A stretch of 64,000 nt of DNA. Source: a virus. The first letter of the stretch is position 1. Every line of letters begins with the position of its first letter. Shown piece by piece: positions 28,259 through 37,705 of the stretch. Made by a program: the position numbers and the translations under genes. The notes below the pieces were generated by a model. The model was not told where the DNA came from. It searched no databases and was given only the letters and a program-made list of their open reading frames with translations. The stretch spans positions 1-64,000 of the IMG/VR virus record IMGVR_UViG_3300032050_000072. The stretch is one strand, 5' to 3'.

Positions 28259-28540
28259 CTAGGTCAAGGCTGTGATGTTAATTTCGGTAACTTCGACGCC
28301 CAATTCGATGGCACGAGCGATGCTGGCGGAGATCGCCAAGCGACGGGCCTCCGGGTAGCCACTGGCCGGAACGAACAGCGGCTCGGCTTCGGTGAACAGG
28401 TCGCCGTGGTGATCGCCAACGTAAGCCTCGACCGAAAAGGCGTAGACGCCGTGGCCGCTCGGCTTCTTGCCGTGGGTCGCTTCGTACTCGTCCGTGAAGA
28501 AAGCGATGGCAGGCTTGGCGGTTTTGGTGGTGGCGGCCAT
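28259..28540 (-). CDS. Hypothetical protein (cassette gene of P6)
   Basis: YEATHGKKPSGHG.YAF motif of small phage proteins. Confidence 0.65.
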   Translation of the reverse strand: MAATTKTAKPAIAFFTDEYEATHGKKPSGHGVYAFSVEAYVGDHHGDLFTEAEPLFVPASGYPEARRLAISASIARAIELGVEVTEINITALT

Positions 28541-28588
28541 GATTGCGATTCCTTGTTTTTGGTGGTGGTTGTCGTTCTGACGATAGTG

Positions 28589-28617
28589 AATATATCGTCA
28601 AGATAGACCTATGTCAA
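28589..28617 (-). promoter_or_regulatory. P6 sigma70-type promoter
   Basis: TTGACA-17 bp-TATATT; palindrome upstream at 28648-28661. Confidence 0.85.
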
Positions 28618-28664
28618 CAACAAAAATATGAAAAATCGAAAAAATCCCGCAACAAGTTGCGTGG

Positions 28665-30182
28665 CTATTTGAGCAAGTCGCTCATTTTCGGCAGGTCGCC
28701 AGCGCCAAGCGAAAGAACGCCCGGCTCGCGCGTTTCACGGCTCTCAAGATAGGCCCCTGCGTAAGCCACGACATCGACCTGATCGTCATGCGATCCGCGC
28801 GGGAATTGCAGCAGTTCAGCCTCGAAGTCCGACAGCCACGCCGCACCCGATCGGTGGAATACCTTGTGCGATGCGTACCGCGTCAGAACCGCCTCGGATC
28901 GCGTGATCTTATCTCTGGACGCTTTGAGCGCCCGGAACGGCGTGCCGCGAACCTCGCCCGCCTGGATCAAGCCGATACCGGCACCCGTGTCTTCGATCGC
29001 CTGGAATGACAACTGCGGATAGAGCCGCCGCTGGGCAATCATCATCGCATACTGGTCGGGAATCGCCACCCGCTCGCGCCGCATATCGTAGACGAGCAGG
29101 TCGTGGTCGGGTGTTCGTAGAAACGTGCCGACGACCGTGAAGTCGTTTTCCTTGCCGGTCTTCTGGGCCGTGTCGCAGGTCTGGAACCAAGTGCATCGGC
29201 TGGCTTCGTATCGCCTTGAACCGGCATCATCATCGACCACGACGAACTCGACGCCATCGACAAACTCGATTGTGAAGTAGCGGAAGTCCTCCAGCCGGTA
29301 GATCGAGCCGGTCAGCGGGTTTGGTCGCTGCTGCAATTGGCCTGGCGCGTCGAAGCTGAGCCTGATCTTCGACTGATCGACCTTGGCCCTCGGATAAGCC
29401 TGCTCCCAGAGTAGTTCGCCATCGGTCGTGCGCGGATCGGTCCATCCGAGCGATGTCGGCTCCATGCGGTTCGGCTCGAACTCCATAGGCAGAATGATCT
29501 TCTCGTAGCCGCCCTGCCGAATAACGTGACCAGCCAGATCGTCTTCGTGGAGCCGCTGCATGACGATCAACCGCCGCACGCCACGGATTTCACCACGCAT
29601 CGAGATCGTGCCATCCCACCACTCGCGAACTCGCTGCCGCTTGAGCGGCGACCGTGAATCTTCGGCCTTGATCGGATCGTCGCAGATCACAAAGTCGGGA
29701 TGCTCGCCCGTACCGCGACCGCCAATGCTCGTCGCCAATCGCCAGCCGCCATCCGTGTTCTGAAAGCGGGTTTCCTTGTTCTGGTTTCTCAACAGCCGCC
29801 CGAACCGTTCACAGTACCAGTCGCTCTCGATCACGCTGCGGCAGTTATTCGACGCCTTGGTCGACAAGTCCTGAGCATAGCTCGCCACCAGAAACCTTGC
29901 AGACGGCCACCACGTCCAGACCCAGGCCGGAAACAGAATCGAGCAGAGTAGCGTCTTGGTTGTTCCTGGCGGCTGGTTGATGAGCAGGTTGCCAATCTTG
30001 CCGCGAGCCATCGCCTCCAGGTGATCGCAGATCGCCTCGATGTGCCAATTGTCCATGTAGGTCGAATCTTCGACCTGATTCCAGGCCAACTGCACGAAGT
30101 CATAGAAACGACCGCAGCGACGCCGCGACTCGGCAATGACATCACCACGACCCGGCACAAGCGAGCTACGCATTTTCGCCAC
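28665..30182 (-). CDS. terL: Terminase large subunit
   Basis: NWHIEAICDHLEA, INQPPGTTKT (Walker A), ICDDP, IVMQRLHEDDL, QQRP and HDDQVD motifs. Confidence 0.97.
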   Translation of the reverse strand: MAKMRSSLVPGRGDVIAESRRRCGRFYDFVQLAWNQVEDSTYMDNWHIEAICDHLEAMARGKIGNLLINQPPGTTKTLLCSILFPAWVWTWWPSARFLVASYAQDLSTKASNNCRSVIESDWYCERFGRLLRNQNKETRFQNTDGGWRLATSIGGRGTGEHPDFVICDDPIKAEDSRSPLKRQRVREWWDGTISMRGEIRGVRRLIVMQRLHEDDLAGHVIRQGGYEKIILPMEFEPNRMEPTSLGWTDPRTTDGELLWEQAYPRAKVDQSKIRLSFDAPGQLQQRPNPLTGSIYRLEDFRYFTIEFVDGVEFVVVDDDAGSRRYEASRCTWFQTCDTAQKTGKENDFTVVGTFLRTPDHDLLVYDMRRERVAIPDQYAMMIAQRRLYPQLSFQAIEDTGAGIGLIQAGEVRGTPFRALKASRDKITRSEAVLTRYASHKVFHRSGAAWLSDFEAELLQFPRGSHDDQVDVVAYAGAYLESRETREPGVLSLGAGDLPKMSDLLK

Positions 30183-30648
30183 CAGCCGTAGGAATCGCTT
30201 GCCCGCCGTACTCGCGCGAGAGCTTGTCGAGCAATGCTAGCTCTTGATTGCTCAGCTTGCTCAAGTCGATCTGTGCCGGTGGCGGCTCGGGCGGCTTCTG
30301 CGTGACCTCGACCTTGCTCTTGCGGCCCCAGCGATCCGGGTGCTTGCGTTCGAGATAGGTCATGCAAGCCTGCCAGCTTTCCTCCATGTGCTGATTGAGC
30401 TTGGCGACGACTCGAACCTCGGCCTGAGCCTCGGCGTCTTTAACGGCTTGATGAAACTTTCCGTAGACGCTATTCGGCTTTTGCTCGCCGCGCGTCAGCC
30501 AGCGGCTTAGCGTTTCAGCCGGAATCCCGGCGAACTTCGCCGCCACGCAGAGGTAGTTCCCGGCGAGAATAGCCGAGACAATCCTGCTCTGAATCGCTGC
30601 TGTGAGTTTCGTCGGCGCGCCGCCCGGCCCGCCTTTGTAGTTTGCCAT
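30166..30648 (-). CDS. terS: Terminase small subunit
   Basis: PTKLT..HTH..WQA..YLER motif and DLSKLSNQEL tail; directly upstream of terL. Confidence 0.85.
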   Translation of the reverse strand: MANYKGGPGGAPTKLTAAIQSRIVSAILAGNYLCVAAKFAGIPAETLSRWLTRGEQKPNSVYGKFHQAVKDAEAQAEVRVVAKLNQHMEESWQACMTYLERKHPDRWGRKSKVEVTQKPPEPPPAQIDLSKLSNQELALLDKLSREYGGQAIPTAGGENA

Positions 30649-30693
30649 AATGCCCTCTTTGATTGTGCTGCCACGCACGAATACAACAGCTAT

Positions 30694-31365
30694 CTAGCCT
30701 TCGATCAGCCAGCCAGCGAAATCGCCAAACCTGAAAACCTCAACGGCGTGCTCGCCGAGAACCTTCGGGTCAATTGGCCTCTGGACGCCAATGAGTGAAA
30801 TCTCTTTTGCGAGAACCTCATTGGCTGGAACACCTGATGCGATCTTGCCAGCCAGCGTAAGCCTAGAAAGAACCAGCGACGGATAGCCGCCAGTTGGGTT
30901 GCAGCGATCAAATACCACGATCACGCCGCCCTTTCGGCAGCGGCATCGCAGCTTGTCCATGAGATCGCGACGCTTGTCGACCGGCACGAACATCAGCGAC
31001 AGGAATAAGATCGCGACATCAAACGACTGATAATCAAACTTCTCGGCCTGGGCACAAACAAACTCGCCTGGGCCCTCGTATTTAGCCCGCATCGCCTCCG
31101 AGTTGTCTACGCCAACCAGCTTAGCGCCGCGGTCTTCGAGAGTGCCAGCGATCGCCTTGCCGATATTGCCGGTCGAGCAACCGATGTCGTAGACCAAGCC
31201 GCCGTCAGGGATATAGTGCCTTGCCACATGCGACACGACTCCGGTCGTCAAGTCATACCACGGCAACTGCTCGCGAACATGCCTGTCGAACCCGCTAGCG
31301 ATATCTGCTGTCTTGAATGTCCAGTTCCTTGGAATATCGAACCCGACTGCCCCTGCGGTTTCCAT
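30694..31365 (-). CDS. CmoA-like SAM-dependent enzyme (putative carboxy-SAM synthase)
   Basis: WTF..IASGFDRHVREQLPWY..VYDIGCSTG..GVDNS.AM..FLSLMF follows the CmoA pattern (WTFD..F..M..RSVPGY..VYDLGCS.G..DNS.AM..FTLQF). Confidence 0.75.
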   Translation of the reverse strand: METAGAVGFDIPRNWTFKTADIASGFDRHVREQLPWYDLTTGVVSHVARHYIPDGGLVYDIGCSTGNIGKAIAGTLEDRGAKLVGVDNSEAMRAKYEGPGEFVCAQAEKFDYQSFDVAILFLSLMFVPVDKRRDLMDKLRCRCRKGGVIVVFDRCNPTGGYPSLVLSRLTLAGKIASGVPANEVLAKEISLIGVQRPIDPKVLGEHAVEVFRFGDFAGWLIEG

Positions 31366-31366
31366 G

Positions 31367-32734
31367 TCAGTCCTCCGGTAAGTAGCCAAACCTCTTGCGA
31401 AGCTCGGAGTTATAGAATTTCGTCGGTGAAGCAATTCGCCTTGCGATCTCGTCGGCGACGCCACTGGCTCCTTGAAATGTGTCTTTTGGTCGATTGATGA
31501 TCCACTTCGGCAAGATCGACTCTGCCGCCAGCTTGAGCAGTTTCTTGCCAGGAGGCGACTCCGACTTGGTTAATTGCACAGCCGACTCAACAAGCCTCTG
31601 CTCCATGAACGGCAGCCTGCACTCGACTCCGCCAGCCATGAACGCCTTATTGCACCTGACGAAGTTTCCGCGAGACATTTTGGCTAACTGCTCAAGCCTA
31701 AGCCGGATCACGCCGTCGTCGGTTTCGCGGCTGGCTTGGATGCAGAAGTTTCCGTATCCGCCAAACAACTCATCGGCGGCCTCGCCTGACAGGCAAGCCT
31801 TAAACCCCTCTGCTGCAATCCTTTTCGCAAGCGGAACGCACAGCACGGCGATCTCTATCTGAGCCTTGGATGGAATCTCGATCGACTCCATCGCTTCGGC
31901 AATCCCGCGATCAGTTATTCCGACAGGAACTTCAAACAGCTTTACCCCAAGGTCACTACACAAGCGTCTAGCACACAGCAAGTCATTAGAACGCTGATCG
32001 AAGCTCGCCGTAAAGGCTACGACCTCGCGACCAGTTTCAACAGCAAGGCCAAGGATTATGCTGCTATCAAGGCCGCCTGAAATTAAGCAGCAGACGGGAG
32101 CGTCGGCGCTAAGTCTCTTTGCAACACCGTCGCGAAGACGACCAAGCACATCGCCATGAGTACACCGTTCCACGCTGGGCATTGAGTACCACTTGCGCCA
32201 CTCGCCTGTCGTTAAATTGAAAGCGAATCCTGCTGGAACAGATATCGCCTTGACGCCAGCCGGAAACGCCTTTCTTTCCGATGCCCACAGATACCCACCG
32301 TTATGCTTTGCCACATAAACTGGAACCTTGCCGAACGAATCTCGCACTAGCCAGCTATCGCCTTTAGATGGAGTCCACGCGAACGCAAACATGCCGTCGA
32401 GCATCGGCAAGCAATCCATGCCGTGCCTACCGAGCATTGCCGCCAAGACTTCCGTGTCCCCTGTTGTCGCAAACTTCTCACCAGATTCGGCTAGCATCAG
32501 CTTTAGCTCGCGGTGATTCCAGATTTCGCCATTGAACGTCAGCGTCGACCCATTTCGCACGAACGGCTGAGACGAAAGCTCGGATAGATCAACCAGCGAC
32601 AGCCGGACATGGCCATGCACGAAACCGCCATGATTCCTGACGCCGATCCCATCTGGTCCGCGATGCTTGATTTTCTCAAGCATTAAATGCACAGACGACT
32701 CAAGCCCGTTCGTCGCGCCAGCAATTCCGCACAC
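31367..32734 (-). CDS. Asparagine-synthetase-like glutamine amidotransferase
   Basis: GTG start gives MCGIAG (Ntn Cys nucleophile); HRGPD, NGEIWN, SGGLDS (PP-loop), SGEAADELFGGY and RLPF motifs. Confidence 0.93.
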   Translation of the reverse strand: MCGIAGATNGLESSVHLMLEKIKHRGPDGIGVRNHGGFVHGHVRLSLVDLSELSSQPFVRNGSTLTFNGEIWNHRELKLMLAESGEKFATTGDTEVLAAMLGRHGMDCLPMLDGMFAFAWTPSKGDSWLVRDSFGKVPVYVAKHNGGYLWASERKAFPAGVKAISVPAGFAFNLTTGEWRKWYSMPSVERCTHGDVLGRLRDGVAKRLSADAPVCCLISGGLDSSIILGLAVETGREVVAFTASFDQRSNDLLCARRLCSDLGVKLFEVPVGITDRGIAEAMESIEIPSKAQIEIAVLCVPLAKRIAAEGFKACLSGEAADELFGGYGNFCIQASRETDDGVIRLRLEQLAKMSRGNFVRCNKAFMAGGVECRLPFMEQRLVESAVQLTKSESPPGKKLLKLAAESILPKWIINRPKDTFQGASGVADEIARRIASPTKFYNSELRKRFGYLPED

Positions 32735-32738
32735 AAAC

Positions 32739-34061
32739 CTACCCCTGTTTGATCTTCGACAAAATCTGATCTCGAATCGCCGCTGCCACATGCGACATCA
32801 TTACCGGAGGCACGGCACGCCCGAGCCGCTCCCATTGCTGGGCGTAGCTACCAGCTAGAATGAAGTCATCTGGAAATCCGCAGATGCGACGAAGCTCTGC
32901 AATCGAGAACTTGCGACGCTCGGTTGGATGTGTCACGCCAGCAATTGAACCAGCGCCGCCAGCGGCAGTAATTGTTGGGCATGGTCCGTCTTGATCTGGC
33001 CGAACAAGCTGAAAGTATTTTTCAGACTGACCTCCAGGGCCGATATTGTCCCACTCCTTGCCGATCGCGAAGCGACTGATATCAGCTTCCTTCTCAATGA
33101 AAAGCTGAGGCTTCGTGGTGACGCATGGCGACGGACGATCAGTGACTTCGCCGTGGCTAAAGCTAGGGTCGGGCGATCCGGTGTCGTGAACCGCCTTCAA
33201 CTTAAATCCAGCGGTGGCCTCAACGACAGTTTGATGCTTGCCTTTTCCATTCATGCCGTGAGCCATAACGGTTGGCGAAGGATCGTCGGCGCTGTGCTGA
33301 CTGACACCAAAGCCGGACCTCGCACCAGTGTCGGGGTTGATGCCGGACTCGACGCTATTGATCCACGGAAGCGCGTCGCGAATCGAATAGCGATATGGCA
33401 ACGGCTTCGGGTGAACCGGGTCAAGTCCGAGGTCGTTTCTAACGCCGACGAAGATCGTCCGCTGCCTCGCCTGCGGAACCCCGAGCCACTGTGCGTCAAG
33501 CACCTTGCACGACACGCGATAGCCGCACGACTTGAGCTTGGCGAGGATTTCTAGAAAGTACCCCTTGGCCGTGCCTTTGACCAATCCAGATACATTTTCA
33601 GCCACAAACGTCTTTGGCTGCAAGCCTTCGAGTAGCCGGGCGAACTCAAAGAACAGGTCGTCGGTTCGCTGCGCCTTGTCGCTATACTTCTTGACCTTGC
33701 CCCAGCCCTTTTCTCGCTTGCCAGCCGTCGAGAAAGACGCGCATGGCGGCGAACCGTCGAGCAGATCAAGTTCGCCTTGCCGGAGCCCTGTGGCATCAAG
33801 GATTTCACTGGCCTTGACGAGCCTTATATCACGACCATCAAGAATCGTCGTTGCCGACTTATTGGCGGCATAGCTTTCACGCGCTGAGTCGATAAACTCA
33901 GAAGCCCAGACCACCTTGAACCCAGCCATGCGGTAGCCCAGTGAAGACCCGCCGCAGCCAGAGAATGTAGAAGCAACCTTAAAGCCATTCCAAGGCAGGC
34001 CAGCGATTTCAGCCATCGAAGGCACACGGTACGGTGGCTTGTTATCACTTGCCATTTTCAT
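32739..34061 (-). CDS. DNA cytosine-C5 methyltransferase homolog with motif X GRAVPP
   Basis: FSGCGG (I), GSPPCASFS (IV), ENVSG (VI), QARQR (VIII), RICGFPD (IX), LGRAVPP (X). Confidence 0.95.
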   Translation of the reverse strand: MKMASDNKPPYRVPSMAEIAGLPWNGFKVASTFSGCGGSSLGYRMAGFKVVWASEFIDSARESYAANKSATTILDGRDIRLVKASEILDATGLRQGELDLLDGSPPCASFSTAGKREKGWGKVKKYSDKAQRTDDLFFEFARLLEGLQPKTFVAENVSGLVKGTAKGYFLEILAKLKSCGYRVSCKVLDAQWLGVPQARQRTIFVGVRNDLGLDPVHPKPLPYRYSIRDALPWINSVESGINPDTGARSGFGVSQHSADDPSPTVMAHGMNGKGKHQTVVEATAGFKLKAVHDTGSPDPSFSHGEVTDRPSPCVTTKPQLFIEKEADISRFAIGKEWDNIGPGGQSEKYFQLVRPDQDGPCPTITAAGGAGSIAGVTHPTERRKFSIAELRRICGFPDDFILAGSYAQQWERLGRAVPPVMMSHVAAAIRDQILSKIKQG

Positions 34062-34085
34062 TGCTCCATCAAATCAATGTATTGC

Positions 34086-34616
34086 TCAACTAGACTTTCC
34101 ACTCCACGAGTAGCCGCACTTCGGGCAGCGATGGTCTGTGTTGATCGACTCGTCGACCTCTGGAAAATCAACAGGCGACTCGCTGAGTGGCTCCATTGCT
34201 GGAATGGCACCGGCCTTCTCGGCCAAGCTCGTCACGAGTTGCTGCAAACTCTCGTCACTAAACTGGACACTATCGAGCAACTGGGTCAAAGCACCGGCGT
34301 CGGAATCGGCCATCGCGCCAATTGGGTCCATCGTGGCCAGCAGTTTGTTGGCCTCAAATTCGTCGACATCGAGAATCAAAACAGGCACAAGCTCGTCGGC
34401 CCTCGACATGACATCGGCACGCAGGTGTCCGTCAATAATTTCAAGACGACCATCAATCTCACGGGCAATGACGGCGGAAGCCATTCCGATTTCGCCAATC
34501 GCGGCAACCAATGCTTCGCGCTGCCTGATTCCGTGCCTGCGCCAGTTCTTGTCATTTTCGACAAGATCACAAGCTGGAACCATCCTGAGTTCTTTGACTC
34601 GATTTTTAATCGACAT
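34086..34616 (-). CDS. ParB-N/Srx-like protein with C-terminal zinc knuckle
   Basis: NWRRH..Q, IIDGHLR and HRCPKCGYSW motifs; typical partner gene of terminase-linked DNA-modification loci. Confidence 0.85.
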   Translation of the reverse strand: MSIKNRVKELRMVPACDLVENDKNWRRHGIRQREALVAAIGEIGMASAVIAREIDGRLEIIDGHLRADVMSRADELVPVLILDVDEFEANKLLATMDPIGAMADSDAGALTQLLDSVQFSDESLQQLVTSLAEKAGAIPAMEPLSESPVDFPEVDESINTDHRCPKCGYSWSGKSS

Positions 34617-34619
34617 AGG

Positions 34620-34913
34620 CTACTCCGGTTTCTTCGGCTGATACCCGCAGCGGATCGCCGCATCGCGCAGCGCCCAGCGGATCGTCTCAGCGTCGTGAAC
34701 GAATCCCATGAAACTTTTTATCTGCTCGATCTGCTCGAACGTGTCCTTGGTGACACGGACATTGACCTGCGTAAGATAGTTGCCAACCGGAGGTCGGCCC
34801 ATTGGTTTCTTCTCGCGGGCAGCTTTCGGTGCAACGTCGGACTTGGCAGCACGCTTTGGCATGGCGGTTTTCCTCTTGATTGTGTTTTGATTCACCATTG
34901 AACCGGCCTCCAA
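34620..34913 (-). CDS. Small ribbon-helix-helix-like DNA-binding protein
   Basis: MGRPP followed by strand VNVRV and two helices (..AETIRWAL); may start at 34862. Confidence 0.6.
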   Translation of the reverse strand: MEAGSMVNQNTIKRKTAMPKRAAKSDVAPKAAREKKPMGRPPVGNYLTQVNVRVTKDTFEQIEQIKSFMGFVHDAETIRWALRDAAIRCGYQPKKPE

Positions 34914-35017
34914 ATCTTACGTGCAAACTGCTAGCAAAGCAATGTCATTTTGTCTATCTCGCCATTTCCTCCTAGATAGACCTCATTTAGTCTATCATAA
35001 AGATATTTCGATGCAAG

Positions 35018-35563
35018 TCAGACCACGCCGGTTTTGATCCCATCGCGGAATTTATTGATTCGATCCACCAGCGACGGCAGGCCGATCAGGTAGCTGCCGA
35101 GCCGAATGATCTCACGATTCGGCGAGTGCTCGTGCGGGCTCAGTAGCTTCATCGCCTCGTCGACCCCGTAGCGGATGGCCGCGATCACGACCGCCAGCGC
35201 CGAACTCCGGCTAATCCCCATGTGGCAGCAGACCAGCAATCGCCTGCGACCATCAGACCACTTGAGCGCGTGCTGCACTTGCTCCACGCGCGGAGCCCTC
35301 CAGTCGGCTTCGTCGCGTGAGACATCATCCATCGGCAGCCTGAGCGTCAGGCCATCGTTGCCGAAGACCGCAGCCGACAACTGCTTGACGAGTTGCCGCG
35401 TCTCTTCGCACGGTCGATCTGGATGGTGCATCGCCGTATCGTGACAGGCGATCGCGTCCCACGGGCCTTGCTGGCGGAAATCGTGACCCTCCAGTCCAGT
35501 CAGCGCCCGAGCGGCCACGGACATCGGCATGATTCTGATCTCGCTGCCGTCGTCGAAGATCAT
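35018..35563 (-). CDS. Cys-based (tyrosine/dual-specificity) phosphatase-like protein
   Basis: CX5R motif CHMGISR and downstream SPN motif. Confidence 0.85.
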   Translation of the reverse strand: MIFDDGSEIRIMPMSVAARALTGLEGHDFRQQGPWDAIACHDTAMHHPDRPCEETRQLVKQLSAAVFGNDGLTLRLPMDDVSRDEADWRAPRVEQVQHALKWSDGRRRLLVCCHMGISRSSALAVVIAAIRYGVDEAMKLLSPHEHSPNREIIRLGSYLIGLPSLVDRINKFRDGIKTGVV

Positions 35564-36171
35564 ACTCGCACCGCGACTTTCTTGCGACCACGCAACTTGT
35601 TGCGGGCAGTTTTCTTGCGAACCACGACAACCTTCCGCTTGGCGTTGAGCTTTACGCTGACCTCGCGGTGAACGCCTGACGACGGCTTGAAGTTGCCGTT
35701 ATTGGCAATGATGTTTCGCAGGATCGCCGCCATGACCTGACGATCTCTGTCGTCTCGATCCCAACCGTCGCGGTCGCTGACGATCTCATTCCACGGCTCA
35801 AAATCGCTCGCCGAAGTCATGTGGAATCGCTCGTAGACATCCTCGATTTCAAGCAGCAAGCTACGATTGAAAACGTCTGCGAGTTTGTCTCTGACTTCAA
35901 ATCCGCATGACGGAGCGACTTTGCCATCTGGGTAATTGATCCAGCCGGTGTCGAATCTTCGCAATCGACCAACCAGCAGCGACCCGATCGCGCAGACCTC
36001 GCAGCCATTCAGGTCGCGTTTACTGCGGACCTCGGAGCCGTTGTCAAACGAGCCGCAAACGTAGACATGCGCTGGCTCGATTTTTCCATGCTCCAACTGC
36101 CACAGTGCGTCAGCGGCAATGTCGACAGCCATACGGTTCTTGCCTTTACGGCACTTGAATACTCGCTTCAT
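35560..36171 (-). CDS. Hypothetical protein
   Basis: CEVCAIG motif and basic C-terminal tail. Confidence 0.65.
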   Translation of the reverse strand: MKRVFKCRKGKNRMAVDIAADALWQLEHGKIEPAHVYVCGSFDNGSEVRSKRDLNGCEVCAIGSLLVGRLRRFDTGWINYPDGKVAPSCGFEVRDKLADVFNRSLLLEIEDVYERFHMTSASDFEPWNEIVSDRDGWDRDDRDRQVMAAILRNIIANNGNFKPSSGVHREVSVKLNAKRKVVVVRKKTARNKLRGRKKVAVRV

Positions 36172-36683
36172 GCTCGTTGTCCTCCTCGTTTTTTGCCACG
36201 CAACTTGTTGCGGGCTGGCTTTTCGGAACTGGGAAATTTCGCGGTCGGATTCTCAATCAGCGTCGCTAGCCATTCGCCGATGAACTCGGCGGCGTCATCC
36301 GGGTGGGCGGTGTCGAATCTTGCCTTGTAGCGATCCTCGACGACGCTTGAGTTGTTCGTTCTCAGCAACTCGACCTCCAGCCAAGTCGCACTCACCGGAT
36401 CGGTCGAATTGTCAGTGCCGCTCGACGCACGAACACGAAGCTCGCCCTGCCGCCACGGAATCATCACATCAAACACCGCGACACCCGCGATCACCTTGGC
36501 CGGGCATGGCTCGTGCCGGTTGATATCAGGGCGAATCTCGAAGATCGGAGCAAGCTCGGCCTCGACCTCTCGCAGTACATTGATGGCTCGCGCCATCTTG
36601 ACCTTAGCCAGCGATTCGATCTGATCTTTCTGCCACTTGATCTCGTCTGTCTTGCGGCTGAAAGCAGCCAGTGCTCGACTCAT
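36168..36683 (-). CDS. Hypothetical protein
   Basis: ATG at 36683 overlapping the upstream stop. Confidence 0.6.
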   Translation of the reverse strand: MSRALAAFSRKTDEIKWQKDQIESLAKVKMARAINVLREVEAELAPIFEIRPDINRHEPCPAKVIAGVAVFDVMIPWRQGELRVRASSGTDNSTDPVSATWLEVELLRTNNSSVVEDRYKARFDTAHPDDAAEFIGEWLATLIENPTAKFPSSEKPARNKLRGKKRGGQRA

Positions 36684-37258
36684 GGTTGACCTCCCGGTGA
36701 CTTTCTGGATTCTTCGATCGTGCGAATCAACTCGAACGCTTCGTGGTCGGTCAGTTCGGCCCTGTGACCTTTGCCCGGCAGTCCCTTGACCTTGATCTTG
36801 TGCCGCCGAAAGCCGTTGTAGATACCCGAGCACTCGATGCCGTAATAGGCAGCGATCTGGCGCGGAATCGCACCCGACTCGCACGCCTCACGGGCAATGT
36901 CGAGATCGTACTTCCAGGTACAGTCTCGGCAGGTTTCGGCCTTGCGGCACTTGGTCTTGCCGCACCGGCAGCGGTCGTACATTTGCTTCTTCTGCGATTC
37001 GCGGCGCGTCTTTTGACGGCACTTCTTCGAGCAATGCGACAGGCTTCCCTGGCGGAACTTTCGGACAAATGCCTTGCCGCAGACAACGCACTCGCACCGC
37101 AGACCAATCAGCCCATCGGCGTGGTGAGCAATCAAGTGCTGGTGAATACATTGCCGCGAGACGCCGAATCGCTCGGCGATCTTGGTGATCGGCATCAACT
37201 CGACCAGCCTGAGCCTGACGGCCTCGGCTGGATCAACCTTCCTGGCATTGGCGACCAT
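36680..37258 (-). CDS. HTH / zinc-finger DNA-binding protein
   Basis: IAERFGVSRQ HTH, CVVCGK..CSKKC and CRC..CRDC zinc motifs, second HTH-like segment. Confidence 0.7.
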   Translation of the reverse strand: MVANARKVDPAEAVRLRLVELMPITKIAERFGVSRQCIHQHLIAHHADGLIGLRCECVVCGKAFVRKFRQGSLSHCSKKCRQKTRRESQKKQMYDRCRCGKTKCRKAETCRDCTWKYDLDIAREACESGAIPRQIAAYYGIECSGIYNGFRRHKIKVKGLPGKGHRAELTDHEAFELIRTIEESRKSPGGQP

Positions 37259-37261
37259 TGA

Positions 37262-37678
37262 CTAACCCTCAATAGTGACGACGGCTCGATCTCGGACCAC
37301 GAGCCGATAGCCGTCTGGGTGTGGAATCTTGGCGTTCACCAGCCCGCCGATCGCTTCGACCACGCCGGGCCGCATGATGTCATCGACAACTGCCTGCAAG
37401 TCGATGCCCATCACGCGCTCGATGTATCGCAGGATCGCGTGCTCGGTGACGATCGGCCCGCCCTGCCGGACCTCTTCGATCTCGGCGTCAACCTCTTGCA
37501 GTTCGAGCCGCTTGGCTTCGATCTTCTTGTCCATCGCCTCGATCGCAGCCTTGATGCCTTCATAGTTGGCGTGCATGTCGTCGAGTTCCTTGACGATTTT
37601 GGTTCGCTTAACGTGCAAGCCTTTGAGCTTGTGGGCGGTTGGCTTCGGTTTTTCGACGGTACTCATTGGGCTCTCCAT
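37262..37678 (-). CDS. Coiled-coil protein with VTEHAILRY domain
   Basis: VTEHAILRYIERV..VVTI pattern seen in small phage proteins. Confidence 0.65.
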   Translation of the reverse strand: MESPMSTVEKPKPTAHKLKGLHVKRTKIVKELDDMHANYEGIKAAIEAMDKKIEAKRLELQEVDAEIEEVRQGGPIVTEHAILRYIERVMGIDLQAVVDDIMRPGVVEAIGGLVNAKIPHPDGYRLVVRDRAVVTIEG

Positions 37679-37705
37679 GTGTCCGCAACTTGTTGCGTGG
37701 TTCAG

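Noticed and set aside
35591-36212. Shared ARNKLRG peptide at the ends of two adjacent proteins as a protein motif
   Set aside because: It is simply the translation of the DNA palindrome.
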